From the NCBI GenBank assembly GCA_021805735.1, contig JAJZEE010000002.1, positions 284 to 64,283 of the forward strand: a DNA stretch of 64,000 nucleotides, in the 5' to 3' direction. The notes beneath the pieces were generated by a model. The model was not told the origin of the DNA. It saw only the letters and a list, made by a program, of their open reading frames with translations, and made no database searches. Position 1 is the first letter of the stretch; every line of letters starts with the position of its first letter. Positions 47,108 through 58,600 of this stretch are shown here, piece after piece. The stretch comes from Bacillota bacterium (GTDB lineage Bacteria > Bacillota > Bacilli > Alicyclobacillales > SLC66). The translations under genes were made by a program, and so were the position numbers.

Positions 47108-47965
47108 GTGGACTTTGGGAGGGTCAAGACACTTCTGATTATTGTTTTTCTCCTTCTCAATCTGTTTTTGGGTTATCAGTGGCAGGGGCTGCAGCAATCC
47201 GTATCCATCTATGCGGAACCTTATGCCGATCAGGTAGCGAACTTGCAAAGAACGTTCTCAGCGCACAATATCACTATGAAAGCCAGCGTGCCACAGGCCC
47301 AGCCCACTATGTTTCTCCTGCGGGTTCAGACGAATCCCGGATTGTTTCTTACGGCGGCGGCGACGGCCCTCGATATCAAACCGCAACAGGCGTCAGAGTA
47401 CTCGCGCGGATCCAGCGAAGTGATAACCAGCGAGGGCCGGTTTGTAATGAATGAACACGGTCAGTATCGGCTGATCATAGCCACGCGTTATCAACCCCTG
47501 GTACCTCGTGGTCGGGATGGCCTCGCGTTTGTCCGCAAGTGGCTGGCCAAGCATGTGGTCAATTATGGAACCTACGGGATGTTATCGTGGAAAATGAGTG
47601 GAGGGAAAGGGGTTGCCAGTTTCGCAGAGGTTTTTGATGGGTATCCCATCTTTTCGGCGCCGCTTCGTGTATACATGCAACACGACCGGATCACTGGGTA
47701 TTTTCAGACTGATCTTGAAATCACTGGTTCTCTGGATCAGAGATCTGTCATTGGGGCAGCCAGCGCGCTCCTGGCTTTGGCTGTATTCGTGGACAAAGCG
47801 CATATAAACATGGATAATACAATCCAGAGCGTAAGACTCGGCTATGATTCACGCATGGTGCAGGGACACACTTGGTATGTGGCGCCGGTCTGGCAGGTTG
47901 ACAGCAGTCGAAGTGTGTTTGAGATTAACGCATTCACAGCAGAAACTGGGGTGGGAGCGAGTTGA
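47108..47965 (+). CDS. yycI: WalK regulator YycI
   Basis: 285 aa with an N-terminal TM (LLIIVFLLLNLFLGY). Called by position. Confidence 0.75.
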   Translation: MDFGRVKTLLIIVFLLLNLFLGYQWQGLQQSVSIYAEPYADQVANLQRTFSAHNITMKASVPQAQPTMFLLRVQTNPGLFLTAAATALDIKPQQASEYSRGSSEVITSEGRFVMNEHGQYRLIIATRYQPLVPRGRDGLAFVRKWLAKHVVNYGTYGMLSWKMSGGKGVASFAEVFDGYPIFSAPLRVYMQHDRITGYFQTDLEITGSLDQRSVIGAASALLALAVFVDKAHINMDNTIQSVRLGYDSRMVQGHTWYVAPVWQVDSSRSVFEINAFTAETGVGAS

Positions 47966-48765
47966 ACCAGGAAGGGATGCGTTGCAGTGTACTGGCCAGC
48001 GGGAGTACAGGCAATGCCGTCTATGTGGAAGCGGGCAAGACGAGAGTTTTGATTGATGCAGGCATTGGTATCAGGCAGTTGCGCGCGGCATTGGATGAGA
48101 TTGCCGTAGGGATGGAGACTCTTGACGCCATCATCGTGACTCATGAGCATAGCGACCACGTTAGAGGCCTGCCAGCGCTGACTCGGCGCCACAGTTTGCC
48201 AATCTACACATCGGAAGGCACGTGGACGCATCTGCAACGCTTTTGGCGGGATGAGTCAACAGTAGTCCACCGCACCGTGCGGGCCGCGACTCCGATCACG
48301 CTCGGCGAACTTGTCCTGGAGCCCTTTCCGCTGTCGCACGATGCAGAAGAACCGCTGGGATTCTGTCTGTATGCGGGCGGTCAGAAGCTCGTCCTGGCGA
48401 CGGATCTGGGATACGCGAGCGCCGCAATCAGGGATGTGGTCAAAGGCGCGCATACATATATACTGGAGACTAATCACGACGTTGAAATGTTGCGGGTCGG
48501 ATCGTACCCCTGGCATTTAAAACGGCGAATACTGGGGGACAAAGGACATCTCTCCAATGACAGCGCGAGCGAGTTCCTGTGCGATGTTCTCACTGAAGAT
48601 ACGACGTCTGTATATCTGGCGCATTTGAGCCAGGAGAACAATCGTCCCGAATTGGCAAACGCTGCTGTGAGTCAGGCGCTTCTCAGGATGTCGTCGCGCA
48701 TTCACGAGCAGATTGCGGTTGCGCGTACAAGTCCAACGAAACCTACCGCGCTGGCTTGGGTATAA
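47962..48765 (+). CDS. walJ: Metallo-beta-lactamase-fold hydrolase WalJ/YycJ
   Basis: 267 aa. Contains VTHEHSDHVRG. Its start overlaps the yycI stop. Confidence 0.9.
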   Translation: MNQEGMRCSVLASGSTGNAVYVEAGKTRVLIDAGIGIRQLRAALDEIAVGMETLDAIIVTHEHSDHVRGLPALTRRHSLPIYTSEGTWTHLQRFWRDESTVVHRTVRAATPITLGELVLEPFPLSHDAEEPLGFCLYAGGQKLVLATDLGYASAAIRDVVKGAHTYILETNHDVEMLRVGSYPWHLKRRILGDKGHLSNDSASEFLCDVLTEDTTSVYLAHLSQENNRPELANAAVSQALLRMSSRIHEQIAVARTSPTKPTALAWV

Positions 48766-48817
48766 TGACTATAAATCGGGTTAATAGCACCGGGTTAACT
48801 ACAGAGGGGGAACCAAG

Positions 48818-50101
48818 ATGGGATATTACGACGACGGGCAGTATCGCAGTACGAAGAAACGCAGCCCGGGATCCAACTCTTTTCTCCGCTGGGTGACAGT
48901 GGTTGTGGTGTCAGCCCTGATCGGGTCGGCGTTCACGATAGTCGCGGCACCGATCATGCTTCAGAATAATCTCGTGCAGCTGCCTGTGTTGACGAATCCA
49001 AATCTCTCGAATACGAGTTATCGGGCACTGCAGCCTGTCACGGTGCAGATCAATAACGCGGTCGTTCAGGCCGTGAAAAAAGTCAGGCCGTCCGTAGTGG
49101 GTGTCATCAACTTTCAAATGCTTCCAAACAACGGCGCCAATGGGTACACACTGCAGGAGGAAGGCGTCGGCTCTGGTGTGATATTCAGCCATCATGGTTA
49201 CATCGTCACGAACTATCACGTCGTGCAGGGCGCATCAAAAGTCGAAGTGGTGATACATAAAAAGTATCACGTGTATGCGAGTGTTATCGGCTATGATCCC
49301 TACACCGACCTGGCCGTGTTGAAAATTCCCTCTTCCTATGTGACTGCGCAGGATGTAGCACAATTCGGCAACTCGTCAACGCTTCAGGCAGGGGAACCGG
49401 CCATCGCCATCGGCAACCCGGCTGGTCTCGATTTTGCGGATACTGTCACTTCAGGGGTAATCAGCGCCACTCAACGCACCATGCCAGTCATTGACGAAGC
49501 GACAGGGAGTGTTATTGGACAGCAGACCGAATTGCAGACAGATGCCGCCATCAATCCGGGCAATAGCGGCGGACCCCTGTGTAATATCATGGGCCAGGTC
49601 ATCGGGATCAATAACTCAAAAATCGTGGCGCAGGGTTTTGAAGGCATGGGTTTTGCCATCCCCATCAATGAGGTCAGGACAATCGTAGACCAGATCCTGG
49701 CCACGGGGCATGCCATCCACCCGGCGCTAGGCATTGAAGGTGAGTCGTTGTCGGCGGTTCCGGCGGAATACCAACCAAACGTACCGGTCAATTATGGTGT
49801 GTGGGTTGTCAAGGTTGTGAGCGCCGACGCACGGCTGGGCGGCCTTGAACACGGGGATGTAATCGTGGCGGTCAATGGGCAAAAAATCTCAGGAATCACT
49901 TCACTGAGGTCCGTGTTGTGGAAAAGTTATCAACCGGGGCAATATGTCAATCTGACTGTGTATCGGGATCAGCAAAAACTCACCTTGCACCTTAAACTCG
50001 GGGAATTGCCGCCGCCTCAAACCACCCCTTCTGTGCACAGTTCACCGCCAAGCGGCAGTGGGAGTGGCAGCGGCGGATCGAACGGATTCACATTTCCATA
50101 A
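48818..50101 (+). CDS. HtrA/DegP-like serine protease with PDZ domain (YycK-like)
   Basis: 427 aa with an N-terminal TM. Catalytic contexts TNYHVV, DLAVLK, and GNSGGPL. Confidence 0.9.
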   Translation: MGYYDDGQYRSTKKRSPGSNSFLRWVTVVVVSALIGSAFTIVAAPIMLQNNLVQLPVLTNPNLSNTSYRALQPVTVQINNAVVQAVKKVRPSVVGVINFQMLPNNGANGYTLQEEGVGSGVIFSHHGYIVTNYHVVQGASKVEVVIHKKYHVYASVIGYDPYTDLAVLKIPSSYVTAQDVAQFGNSSTLQAGEPAIAIGNPAGLDFADTVTSGVISATQRTMPVIDEATGSVIGQQTELQTDAAINPGNSGGPLCNIMGQVIGINNSKIVAQGFEGMGFAIPINEVRTIVDQILATGHAIHPALGIEGESLSAVPAEYQPNVPVNYGVWVVKVVSADARLGGLEHGDVIVAVNGQKISGITSLRSVLWKSYQPGQYVNLTVYRDQQKLTLHLKLGELPPPQTTPSVHSSPPSGSGSGSGGSNGFTFP

Positions 50102-50126
50102 CAGTGATCAGTGAAGGGGCAGCATT

Positions 50127-50591
50127 TTGCAGATTGTGATTTTGACCGTCGGCAAGCTAAAGGAAAGGTATTGGCGGGAAGCGGAGGAGGAGTATCGTAA
50201 GAGGCTCCTTGCTCACGCTTCCTGTCTTGTGGAAGCAGTACAGGATGAACCTGACCAGGGCGCGGCGGAGCGCATAAGGGAGACGGAAGCCGGGCGTCTG
50301 CTGGCGAAACTTCGCGAACGGGACCACGTGATCGCTCTGGATTCACGGGGCAAGAAGATGACATCGCAGCACTTTTCCGAATATCTGGGCCTCATGTCCG
50401 CGCGAGGGTATGGCAGGTATGTCTTTGTGATCGGCGGATCGCGAGGTCTCGCGCCCTCCGTGCTTGAGCGGGCCGATCTCACGCTGTCATTTTCCGATTT
50501 CACGTTTCCTCACCAGTTGATGCGAGTCATTCTGCTTGAGCAGATCTATCGGGCGTTTCGTATTCAAACGGGTGCGCCCTATCATAAGTAA
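50127..50591 (+). CDS. rlmH: 23S rRNA (pseudouridine1915-N3)-methyltransferase
   Basis: 154 aa. Contains MQIVILTVGKLKERYWREAEEEYRKRL, FVIGGSRGL, and the ending GAPYHK. Confidence 0.92.
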   Translation: MQIVILTVGKLKERYWREAEEEYRKRLLAHASCLVEAVQDEPDQGAAERIRETEAGRLLAKLRERDHVIALDSRGKKMTSQHFSEYLGLMSARGYGRYVFVIGGSRGLAPSVLERADLTLSFSDFTFPHQLMRVILLEQIYRAFRIQTGAPYHK

Positions 50592-50657
50592 CGGCAAGTT
50601 TTTTTGGGAATTTCGGTTCGCGAGGCGGGGAAGGCGTGGAATACGAGGGGAACACGG

Positions 50658-51227
50658 TCATTTCCATTCCACTTCCTGCTCTACCCGCACACTGCCGTCT
50701 TCAGACACGCAAAACACTTCAAAATTCATCGCCTTCTTGAGCCAATCAACGCGCGGCAGGAAATTTGCGTAAGTCGCAAAGCCGTCAGGGAGCGCTAAAG
50801 CGAGCTTTGCATCAGTGGATTCCCCTCGGTACAACACAAGGTCGAAAAGGGCTCCAGAGAACCAGTGGCGGGCTTGCACGTTCCTGCTCTTTTCGGGGTA
50901 ACCTTTTGCGCTGACCCAAAGTTCCCTTCCGTCAGGTGAGACAGCCACAATGTCCTTTCCCACTTCACGTGACGCTGTGTTTGCGACGTTTCGTACGGCG
51001 TATCCGGCGTACACAAGGTAAGATACCACCCGAGCCTGGACGTTGCCTTCCCAATACCAGGCGTCGGTTCCTTTCCCTTCGGGTACCCGCGGATGAACCG
51101 ACACTTCCGTTTTGGTTTGAATGCCGTCAGATAGTCGGTTGACAAGTTTGTGTTTCTTGCACAGGGCGCACTTTCCGCGATGGCGATTGATCGACTGCTT
51201 GGTTGGCAAAGTTGTCGGAAAAGGCAT
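50658..51227 (-). CDS. Hypothetical protein, possible restriction-endonuclease-like fold
   Basis: 189 aa. GKDIVAVSPDGRELWVSAKGYPE resembles a D...(E/S)xK nuclease core. The 5' 100 nt overlap the Ig-like pseudogene, so the start is uncertain. Confidence 0.4.
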   Translation of the reverse strand: MPFPTTLPTKQSINRHRGKCALCKKHKLVNRLSDGIQTKTEVSVHPRVPEGKGTDAWYWEGNVQARVVSYLVYAGYAVRNVANTASREVGKDIVAVSPDGRELWVSAKGYPEKSRNVQARHWFSGALFDLVLYRGESTDAKLALALPDGFATYANFLPRVDWLKKAMNFEVFCVSEDGSVRVEQEVEWK

Positions 51228-52223
51228 CCAAAGACCCGACGCCCGCGTAAAGAGATTCGTCAGGCGCCACCGCCAGCGTGTTCGTTCCGCTTGGCACGGA
51301 AAAGGGCTGCCAGATGCTCTGCACGACTGTGATCGCGTAGGTCGCAGTAGCCCCGCCGCTTTGCGCGGTGATTGTGGTAGAGCCGGGGGCAGTTCCGGTC
51401 ACGAGTCCGCTTTGACTGACAGAAGCAACAGCCTGAGTGGACGAGGTCCACGTGACGTCTGCGTCTGGGATGGCGGTTCCAGTGCTGTCCAGGGCTTGCA
51501 GGGTAAGCGTGTGGTTCGTCGCTTGGGGAGAGTTGCTCAGAGTCGCCGCTGTTGCCGTGCCGCCAGATTGTGCGGGCTGGATCGTCACCACTTTTGGCCC
51601 TTGGTGGCGCTTGGCGTGCTAGCGCTGATCGTGATCGACAAAGGGTTTCCCTGGATGGTTTCGCCCAGTTCCTTGACCGTGGGCGTCAAGATGTAGGTCC
51701 CAGCAGCCGTGGCAGTGAGGGTGTTCCCTGTGACGCTCCATTGCTGATTGCTTACTCCAGATGGGGCGACCATTTCGTAGGTGAGTGTGGCGTCAGCCGG
51801 AAGTTGCACGGAATTTCCGGCTCCGTCGAGAAACGTGGGGTTCAGTGTGATCGGAGTTCCCGTGGTCGCCTGTGGCGGCGTCGAAGGCAGCGCGGCGTTG
51901 AGCTTGGTCATGCCGGAACTCGTCAAGGTCACTACGGAGCCACTTTGGGTGAAGTCGGTACCTGCATCCAGCAAGGCTTGCGAACCGGAACCTGATGACC
52001 CGACGGGCGTAATGGCGAGGGCAGTCAGGGTGTCAGTTCCCGCCATGGTGAAAGAAACGCTTGCTGCCGATGCCGCTGTTTCGGCGTATGCTATCGGGTC
52101 ATTGGGGTTTGCCATGAGGATCACGCCTTGGGAGGGCTGGCCCTCCGCTTGCAGCAGAAATGCGGGCGCTGCTGTGGCGCTGACCTGCGCTACGTAAGGG
52201 TTTCCGAGGATTTGGGAGGCCAT
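51127..52223 (-). pseudogene. Frameshifted Ig-like (Big_2-type) surface-protein gene remnant
   Basis: ORFs 51585-52223 and 51127-51591 abut at an A4 run (GGCCAAAAGTGG). Read together they give ...ATKGQK/VVTIQPAQSGGTA.... A Big_2-like repeat is visible (TWTSSTQAVASVSQSGLVTGTAPGSTTITAQSGG). No signal peptide is present. Confidence 0.45.
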
Positions 52224-52556
52224 GATGCGGCAGTGGGCGCGGATGCGACGATCGCAGGCGCTGTACCTGTGGGGAACAGGATAGGCCGGGTTTCCAGGTG
52301 ACGGCGGACGCGTGTGGGGAATGCTGTCGAACGGGCGGGTGACAGTCGTCCGATGGGCAGGCTGACGCGCATTCGGACGTACTGGTCAACACTGGATGCT
52401 GGTCTGTTGGAGAATCCTGTCGGCTGCTGTCGATCTCAGTTTCCAGTGCGCGCTCTCTCGGTCGATTGGAAATTCGATGCGAGATCTCTGTCTTTGAATG
52501 GGAGTCGCAGTCGAAGAAGCGGTCTTAGTCGAAACTATTCTGCTGGATTAACACTC

Positions 52557-52588
52557 AACCCTGCTCAGTAGGCAGGGTTTTTCTGTTT
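52557..52588 (+). terminator. Orphan rho-independent terminator upstream of hsdM
   Basis: AACCCTGC-TCAGTAG-GCAGGGTT followed by TTTCTGTTT. No convincing plus-strand gene ends here. Confidence 0.6.
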
Positions 52589-52694
52589 CGCGTGGAAGTA
52601 GTTATATTGTAAAAGGCACCTTGCGTTACTGAGTCTCCGCAAAGATCCTGTCTTCCAAAACAACGTTAATACATAAGATCAAGGGGAAAAAGAA

Positions 52695-54437
52695 ATGAAC
52701 CAGCAAAACCTTTCCGCTTTCATCTGGTCCGTAGCGGACCTACTCCGTGGAGATTATAAACAGGCCGATTACGGCAAAGTGATTCTGCCGTTTACAGTAC
52801 TGCGTCGACTAGACTGTGTCTTAGAGGAAACCAAGTCAGTGGTGTTGGCACAATACGAAGAGAAGCAGGCGATGGGCATCAATCCCGAGCCGTTCCTCAT
52901 CCGTGAGTCGAAACAGAGCTTCTACAACACCTCTCCGCTAGACATGAAAAAGCTGATGGGCGATCAGGACCACATCCGGGAGAATCTCTACAGCTACATT
53001 CAGACCTTTTCGCCTGCGGTCCGTGACATCTTCGATAGCTTCGAGTTTCATACACAGATTGAGCGTCTCCACAAAGCTGGCCTCCTGTATCAGGTGACCG
53101 AAAAGTTCGCCAACATTGACCTGCACCCGGAGTCCGTTGACAACTACCAGATGGGTCTCGTGTTCGAGGAGTTGATCCGCAAGTTCGCCGAACTGTCCAA
53201 CGAGACCGCCGGGGAGCACTTCACCCCGCGCGAAGTTATCCGGATGATGGTCAACCTGATATTCATTGAAGATGACGACATACTTTCAAAGCCTGGTGTG
53301 GTGCGCACCATCTACGATCCGGCTGCAGGTACGGGCGGGATGCTGTCAGTCGCGGGAGAGTACTTGGCTGAACACAACCCAGAAGCTAGGCTTACAATGT
53401 TCGGCCAAGAGTTGAACCCTGAATCGTACGCGATCTGTAAGGCGGACATGTTGATCAAGGGTCAGGATGTTGCCAACATCGTTTTTGGCAACACCCTGTC
53501 AGAAGATGGTCATTCGGATCGTCACTTTGACTACATGCTCTCGAATCCCCCGTTTGGCGTGGAATGGAAGAAAGTCGAGAAGGAAGTGCGCCAGGAGCAT
53601 GAGCAACAAGGTTTCAACGGACGTTTCGGATCCGGTCTGCCGCGTGTTTCAGACGGTTCCATGCTGTTTTTGCTGCATTTGATCTCCAAGATGCGCCCAG
53701 TGAGCGAAGGGGGCAGCCGACTCGGAATTGTACTGAACGGCTCACCGCTGTTCACTGGCGGCGCTGGTAGCGGGGAGAGCGAGATTCGCCGCTACGTGAT
53801 TGAGAATGACCTGCTTGAGGCCATCGTCGCGTTACCGACCGACATGTTTTACAACACGGGTATCTCGACCTTCATATGGATTGTCTCGAACCGTAAGCCA
53901 GAGCACCGGAAGGGCAAGGTACAACTGATTGACGCGAGCGACATGTGGCAGAAGATGCGAAAGTCTCTCGGAAGCAAGCGAAAGGAGCTCCGGGACGAAC
54001 ACATCGCAGAGATCACGCGACTCTTTGGGAGTTTTGCGGACGCTGGGACGGACGGGAAACCGATCAGCCGGATCTTCCGAAACATTGACTTTGGTTACCG
54101 AACGATCACGGTTGAACGTCCTCTTCGCGACGAGCAGGGCAACATTGTCCTAGGGCAAAAAGGCAAGCTCAAAGGCAAACCGCTGCCCGACCCTAGCCTG
54201 CGTGACAACGAAGACGTGCCGCTAGGGCGGGACATAGAAACATATTTCAAGCGTGAAGTGTTGCCCTATGTGCCGGATGCGTGGATCGATCACGACAAGA
54301 CCAAGGCAGGATACGAGATCCCATTCAATCGGTACTTTTACGTGTTCCAGCCCCCACGCCCGTTGGAGGAGATTGATGTGGAGTTGATGGCTGTAACCGA
54401 ACGCATCAAGGAGATGCTGGAGGGGTTGAGGGCATGA
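52695..54437 (+). CDS. hsdM: Type I restriction-modification system, methyltransferase subunit
   Basis: 580 aa. Contains HsdM_N-like [14 protein letters not shown], motif [11 protein letters not shown], and motif IV NPPFG. Confidence 0.93.
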   Translation: MNQQNLSAFIWSVADLLRGDYKQADYGKVILPFTVLRRLDCVLEETKSVVLAQYEEKQAMGINPEPFLIRESKQSFYNTSPLDMKKLMGDQDHIRENLYSYIQTFSPAVRDIFDSFEFHTQIERLHKAGLLYQVTEKFANIDLHPESVDNYQMGLVFEELIRKFAELSNETAGEHFTPREVIRMMVNLIFIEDDDILSKPGVVRTIYDPAAGTGGMLSVAGEYLAEHNPEARLTMFGQELNPESYAICKADMLIKGQDVANIVFGNTLSEDGHSDRHFDYMLSNPPFGVEWKKVEKEVRQEHEQQGFNGRFGSGLPRVSDGSMLFLLHLISKMRPVSEGGSRLGIVLNGSPLFTGGAGSGESEIRRYVIENDLLEAIVALPTDMFYNTGISTFIWIVSNRKPEHRKGKVQLIDASDMWQKMRKSLGSKRKELRDEHIAEITRLFGSFADAGTDGKPISRIFRNIDFGYRTITVERPLRDEQGNIVLGQKGKLKGKPLPDPSLRDNEDVPLGRDIETYFKREVLPYVPDAWIDHDKTKAGYEIPFNRYFYVFQPPRPLEEIDVELMAVTERIKEMLEGLRA

Positions 54438-55690
54438 GTGCTTCACGGTATAGCCAGTACAAGGATAGTGGTGTGGACTGGTTAGGTACAATTCCTAAAC
54501 ACTGGGAAGTGGTCCGTAACAAGAACCTGTTCGCTGAGATTGATATACGAAACGAGAAAGATGATGCGGAGCTTCTAAGCGTTTCACATCTAACGGGTGT
54601 CACAAGGCGCTCTGAGAAGAACGTCAATATGTTTCTTGCTGAAACGCTGAAAGGGTACAAGTGCTGTAGCGAAGGAGACCTAGTAATTAACACAATGTGG
54701 GCCTGGATGGGTGCACTCGGTATAACCGCAATAGATGGAGTGGTAAGTCCGTCGTACAATGTGTATCGTCCAAGAAACTTTACCAAATTGCACCCGAGGT
54801 ACTATGACTATTTATCTCGGATCCCGAACCATGTTCGTGTTATTGAAGCTAACTCGACGGGTGTTTGGGAGTCGAGGCTTCGCCTCTACCCTAACACCTT
54901 TTTATCGATGAAAACATGTCTTCCTCCTTATAATGAGCAAATTACCATCGTTGACTTTCTAGATCATGAAACCATCAAGATCGATGCTCTTGTGAAGGAG
55001 CAGGAAAAGCTGCTTGCACTGCTCAAGGAAAAGCGGCAGGTAGTCATCTCTCAAGCAGTTACCAAGGGAATCGATCCCGCTGTGCCGATGAAGGATTCGA
55101 GTATCGAGTGGTTGGAACAGGTCCCGGAGCATTGGGAAGTCAGTTCTTTGAAGCGAATTACCAAGCTAAAAAGTGGTGAGTCCATTACATCTGATAGAAT
55201 TGAAGATCAGGGTCAATATCCAGTATTCGGCGGCAATGGGCTAAGGGGTTATGCAGAGGCCTACACTCACGAAGGTACGTTTGTTTTAATTGGTAGGCAG
55301 GGAGCGTTGTGTGGAAACATCAACTACGCAAACGGGCAGTTCTGGGCATCTGAGCACGCCATAGTGGTATCTCCTCTGATACCGATCGAAACCTTGTGGC
55401 TTGGTGAACTGCTACGTGCAATGAATCTTAATCAGTACTCAATTTCGGCTGCACAACCTGGGCTTTCTGTAGATGTTATCAGGAATCTTTGGATTCCTTT
55501 TCCTCCGATTCAAGAACAGCTTTCCATAGCGGAATACATCCGTATTGAGACCCAAAAGTTTGATTCTTTGATGGTGGAAGCAGAAAACGCTGTAGAACTA
55601 CTTAGAGAACGTCGCATCGCACTAATCTCGGCTGCCGTGACTGGCAAGATAAAAGTTTGCGGACTTGTTGCTGAAGGGGTGATGGCATGA
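54434..55690 (+). CDS. hsdS: Type I R-M specificity subunit
   Basis: 418 aa with two TRDs. Each TRD is followed by a conserved helix ([17 protein letters not shown] and [18 protein letters not shown]). An ATGA overlap joins it to hsdM. Confidence 0.9.
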   Translation: MSASRYSQYKDSGVDWLGTIPKHWEVVRNKNLFAEIDIRNEKDDAELLSVSHLTGVTRRSEKNVNMFLAETLKGYKCCSEGDLVINTMWAWMGALGITAIDGVVSPSYNVYRPRNFTKLHPRYYDYLSRIPNHVRVIEANSTGVWESRLRLYPNTFLSMKTCLPPYNEQITIVDFLDHETIKIDALVKEQEKLLALLKEKRQVVISQAVTKGIDPAVPMKDSSIEWLEQVPEHWEVSSLKRITKLKSGESITSDRIEDQGQYPVFGGNGLRGYAEAYTHEGTFVLIGRQGALCGNINYANGQFWASEHAIVVSPLIPIETLWLGELLRAMNLNQYSISAAQPGLSVDVIRNLWIPFPPIQEQLSIAEYIRIETQKFDSLMVEAENAVELLRERRIALISAAVTGKIKVCGLVAEGVMA

Positions 55691-58600
55691 GTCTTCACAA
55701 GGAGGTAGAATTCGAAAACGATATCTGCGATTATCTCTCAGCGCACGGTTGGCTCTACGCAGAAGATGATACGCAACGCTATGACCGTGTACGTGCTCTG
55801 TTCCCAGAAGACCTACGTTCTTGGGTTGAGTCAACCCAGTCGATGGCCTGGGAGGCACTTGTTAAGAACTACGGTTCCGCATCGGAGGCTACTTTACTCG
55901 ATCGGATTCGCAAGCAACTCGATGAACGGGGCACGTTGGATGTGCTGCGCCACGGAATCGAGTTGATCGGCCTGCGCCAGCCACTCCAGTTGGCGCAGTT
56001 TAAACCTGCACTGGCGATGAACCCAGACTTGCAAGCAAAGTACGCTAGCAACCGCCTGCGTGTGGTCCGGCAGGTTCGCTACTCCATACATAACGAAAAC
56101 GCCATCGACTTAGTTCTGTTCCTGAACGGCATTCCTGTTGCCACAGTGGAGCTAAAGAGCGACTTCACACAGAGCGTAGAGGACGCGGTAGATCAGTATC
56201 GTTTTGACCGTGATCCTCGCCCGAAAGGTAAGTCAGCAGAACCTTTACTGGAGTTTCCCGGGGGTGCTTTGGTGCACTTCGCGGTGAGCAATTCCGAAGT
56301 TCGTATGACGACGAAGCTACAGGGCGCGGCTACTTCCTTCTTGCCGCTCAACAGAGGCGACCATGGCGGTGCTGGAAACCCTGTCAACGAGAACGGTCAT
56401 CGCACAGCGTACTTGTGGGAACAGGTGTGGGAACGAAACAGTTGGCTGGAGATCATTGGCCGATATCTGGTCACCGAGCGCAACAGCAAGAAACAGATTG
56501 AGTCGGTCATTTTCCCTCGTTACCACCAGCTTGATGCGACGCGAAAGTTAATTGCCGCTGCATTGAAGGACGGACCGGGACAAAAATACCTCATTCAACA
56601 CTCGGCAGGTTCAGGCAAGACGAACTCCATCGCTTGGACCGCCCACTTTCTCGCGGATCTTCATGATGCTGAGCACAGGAAGCTATTTGACTCGGTACTG
56701 GTCGTTAGCGATCGGAACGTGTTGGATGCTCAGTTGCAAGAAGCCATCTTCGATTTTGAACGGACGGCGGGTGTGGTGGCCACGATCAAAGGTGAGTCTC
56801 GGAGCAAGAGCGAGGAGTTGGCAACCGCGCTGTCGGGTGGGAAGAAGATCGTCGTCTGCACCATTCAGACGTTTCCCTTCGCTTTGAAGGCCGTGCAGGA
56901 ACTTGCGGCAACTCAGGGTAAGCGTTTTGCGGTCATCGCCGACGAGGCGCACAGTTCGCAGACGGGTGAGGCGGCCTCCAAGCTCAAGCAGGTGCTGTCG
57001 GCTGAGGAGCTTCAGGAGTTGGCGGATGGTGGCGTGGTGAGCACCGAAGACCTGCTCGCAGCGCAGATGGCTGGGCGGGCCAACGTGTCAGGCCTCACGT
57101 TTGTGGCTTTCACGGCCACGCCGAAGGCAAAGACGCTGGAACTGTTTGGGCGACGCCCCAACCCTGAGTTGCCTGCTGGAGAAGACAATCTACCCGCGCC
57201 CTTCCACGTTTACGGGATGCGACAAGCCATTGAAGAAGGCTTCATTTTGGACGTGCTGAAAAACTACACGCCGTACAGTCTTGCGTTCAAGCTGGCAAAT
57301 GACGGACAGGAGAGGGACCAAACCGAAGTCGAGCGCAGCGCAGCCATGAAGGGGATCATGCGTTGGGTTCGACTGCATCCATATAACATCGCACAGAAGG
57401 TACAAGTGGTGGTCGAGCACTTCCGAGAGAACGTCGCCCCACTCCTGAACGGACATGCGAAGGCGATGGTCGTCGTGGCAAGCCGTCTGGAAGCGGTCCG
57501 ATGGCAGAAGGCTATCGAGAAGTACATCAGGGACCAGCGATACAAAATCGGTACGCTCGTTGCATTCTCCGGTGAGGTGAACGATGCGGAATCCAGTCTG
57601 GAACCGTTCACCGAAAATAGTAAGGCACTGAACCCTAACCTAAACGGTCGCGACATTCGGGAGGCGTTCTCCACCCGGGAATACCAGATCCTGCTCGTAG
57701 CAAACAAGTTCCAGACCGGGTTCGATCAGCCGCTGCTGTGCGGGATGTACGTGGATAAGAGACTCGCGGGCATCCAGGCCGTGCAGACCCTGTCTCGGCT
57801 GAATCGCTCCTACCGGGGTTCTCACGGTTTAAAGGATACTACCTATATCCTGGACTTCGTGAACGATCCTGACGAAGTCCTAAAGTCGTTCAAGCCTTAC
57901 TACGAAACAGCGGAACTGGCGGGGGTAACAGACCCTGACCTTGTGTTCAACCTTAGGGCGAAGCTGGATGCTACTGGTTACTATGACGACAATGAGATAG
58001 AACGTGTTGTTTCCGTTGAGTTGAATCCCAGAGCCTTGCAGTCTGAACTCGCCGCGGCGCTGGAGCCTGTGGCGGATCGCCTGCTCAGGAAGTACAAGTC
58101 GGCTCGATCCACACTTGAGGTGGTACGGGCAAAGCAAGAAAGAAACGCAGAGCAGCACGCTCAGAACGAGATCAACGCGTTGATCCTGTTTAAGAGGGAC
58201 ATTGGTGCTTTCTTGAGGGTATATGCGTTTCTATCACAAATTTTTGACTACGGGAACACCGCGATCGAGAAGCGGGCTATCTTCTTCAAACGCCTTCTTC
58301 CTCTCCTTGAGTTTGGCAGAGAGAGGGACGTCATTGACTTCTCCAAGATGGTACTGACCCATCACAGGTTGAACGATAAGGGGAGTCGAGACTTGCCGCT
58401 TGGTAAGGGCGACATCGTCAAGTTGCCGCCGCTCACTGATCCGGGGACTGGGGAGGTACAGGAAACTGAGAAGGCGCTGTTGGCTGAGATTATCGCCAAA
58501 GTGAATGACATTTTTGAGGGAGACCTGACCGACGACGACAAGTTGGTTTATGTGAACAACGTGTTAAAGGGCAAGTTGCTTGAGTCGGAAGTACTTGTGC

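Noticed and set aside
50575-50594. An SCC-type attB at the rlmH 3' end (TATCATAAGTAA).
   Set aside because: The similarity is explained by the conserved C-terminal YHK codons. I found no second direct repeat and no ccr or other recombinase in the window. Only the positional analogy is reported.
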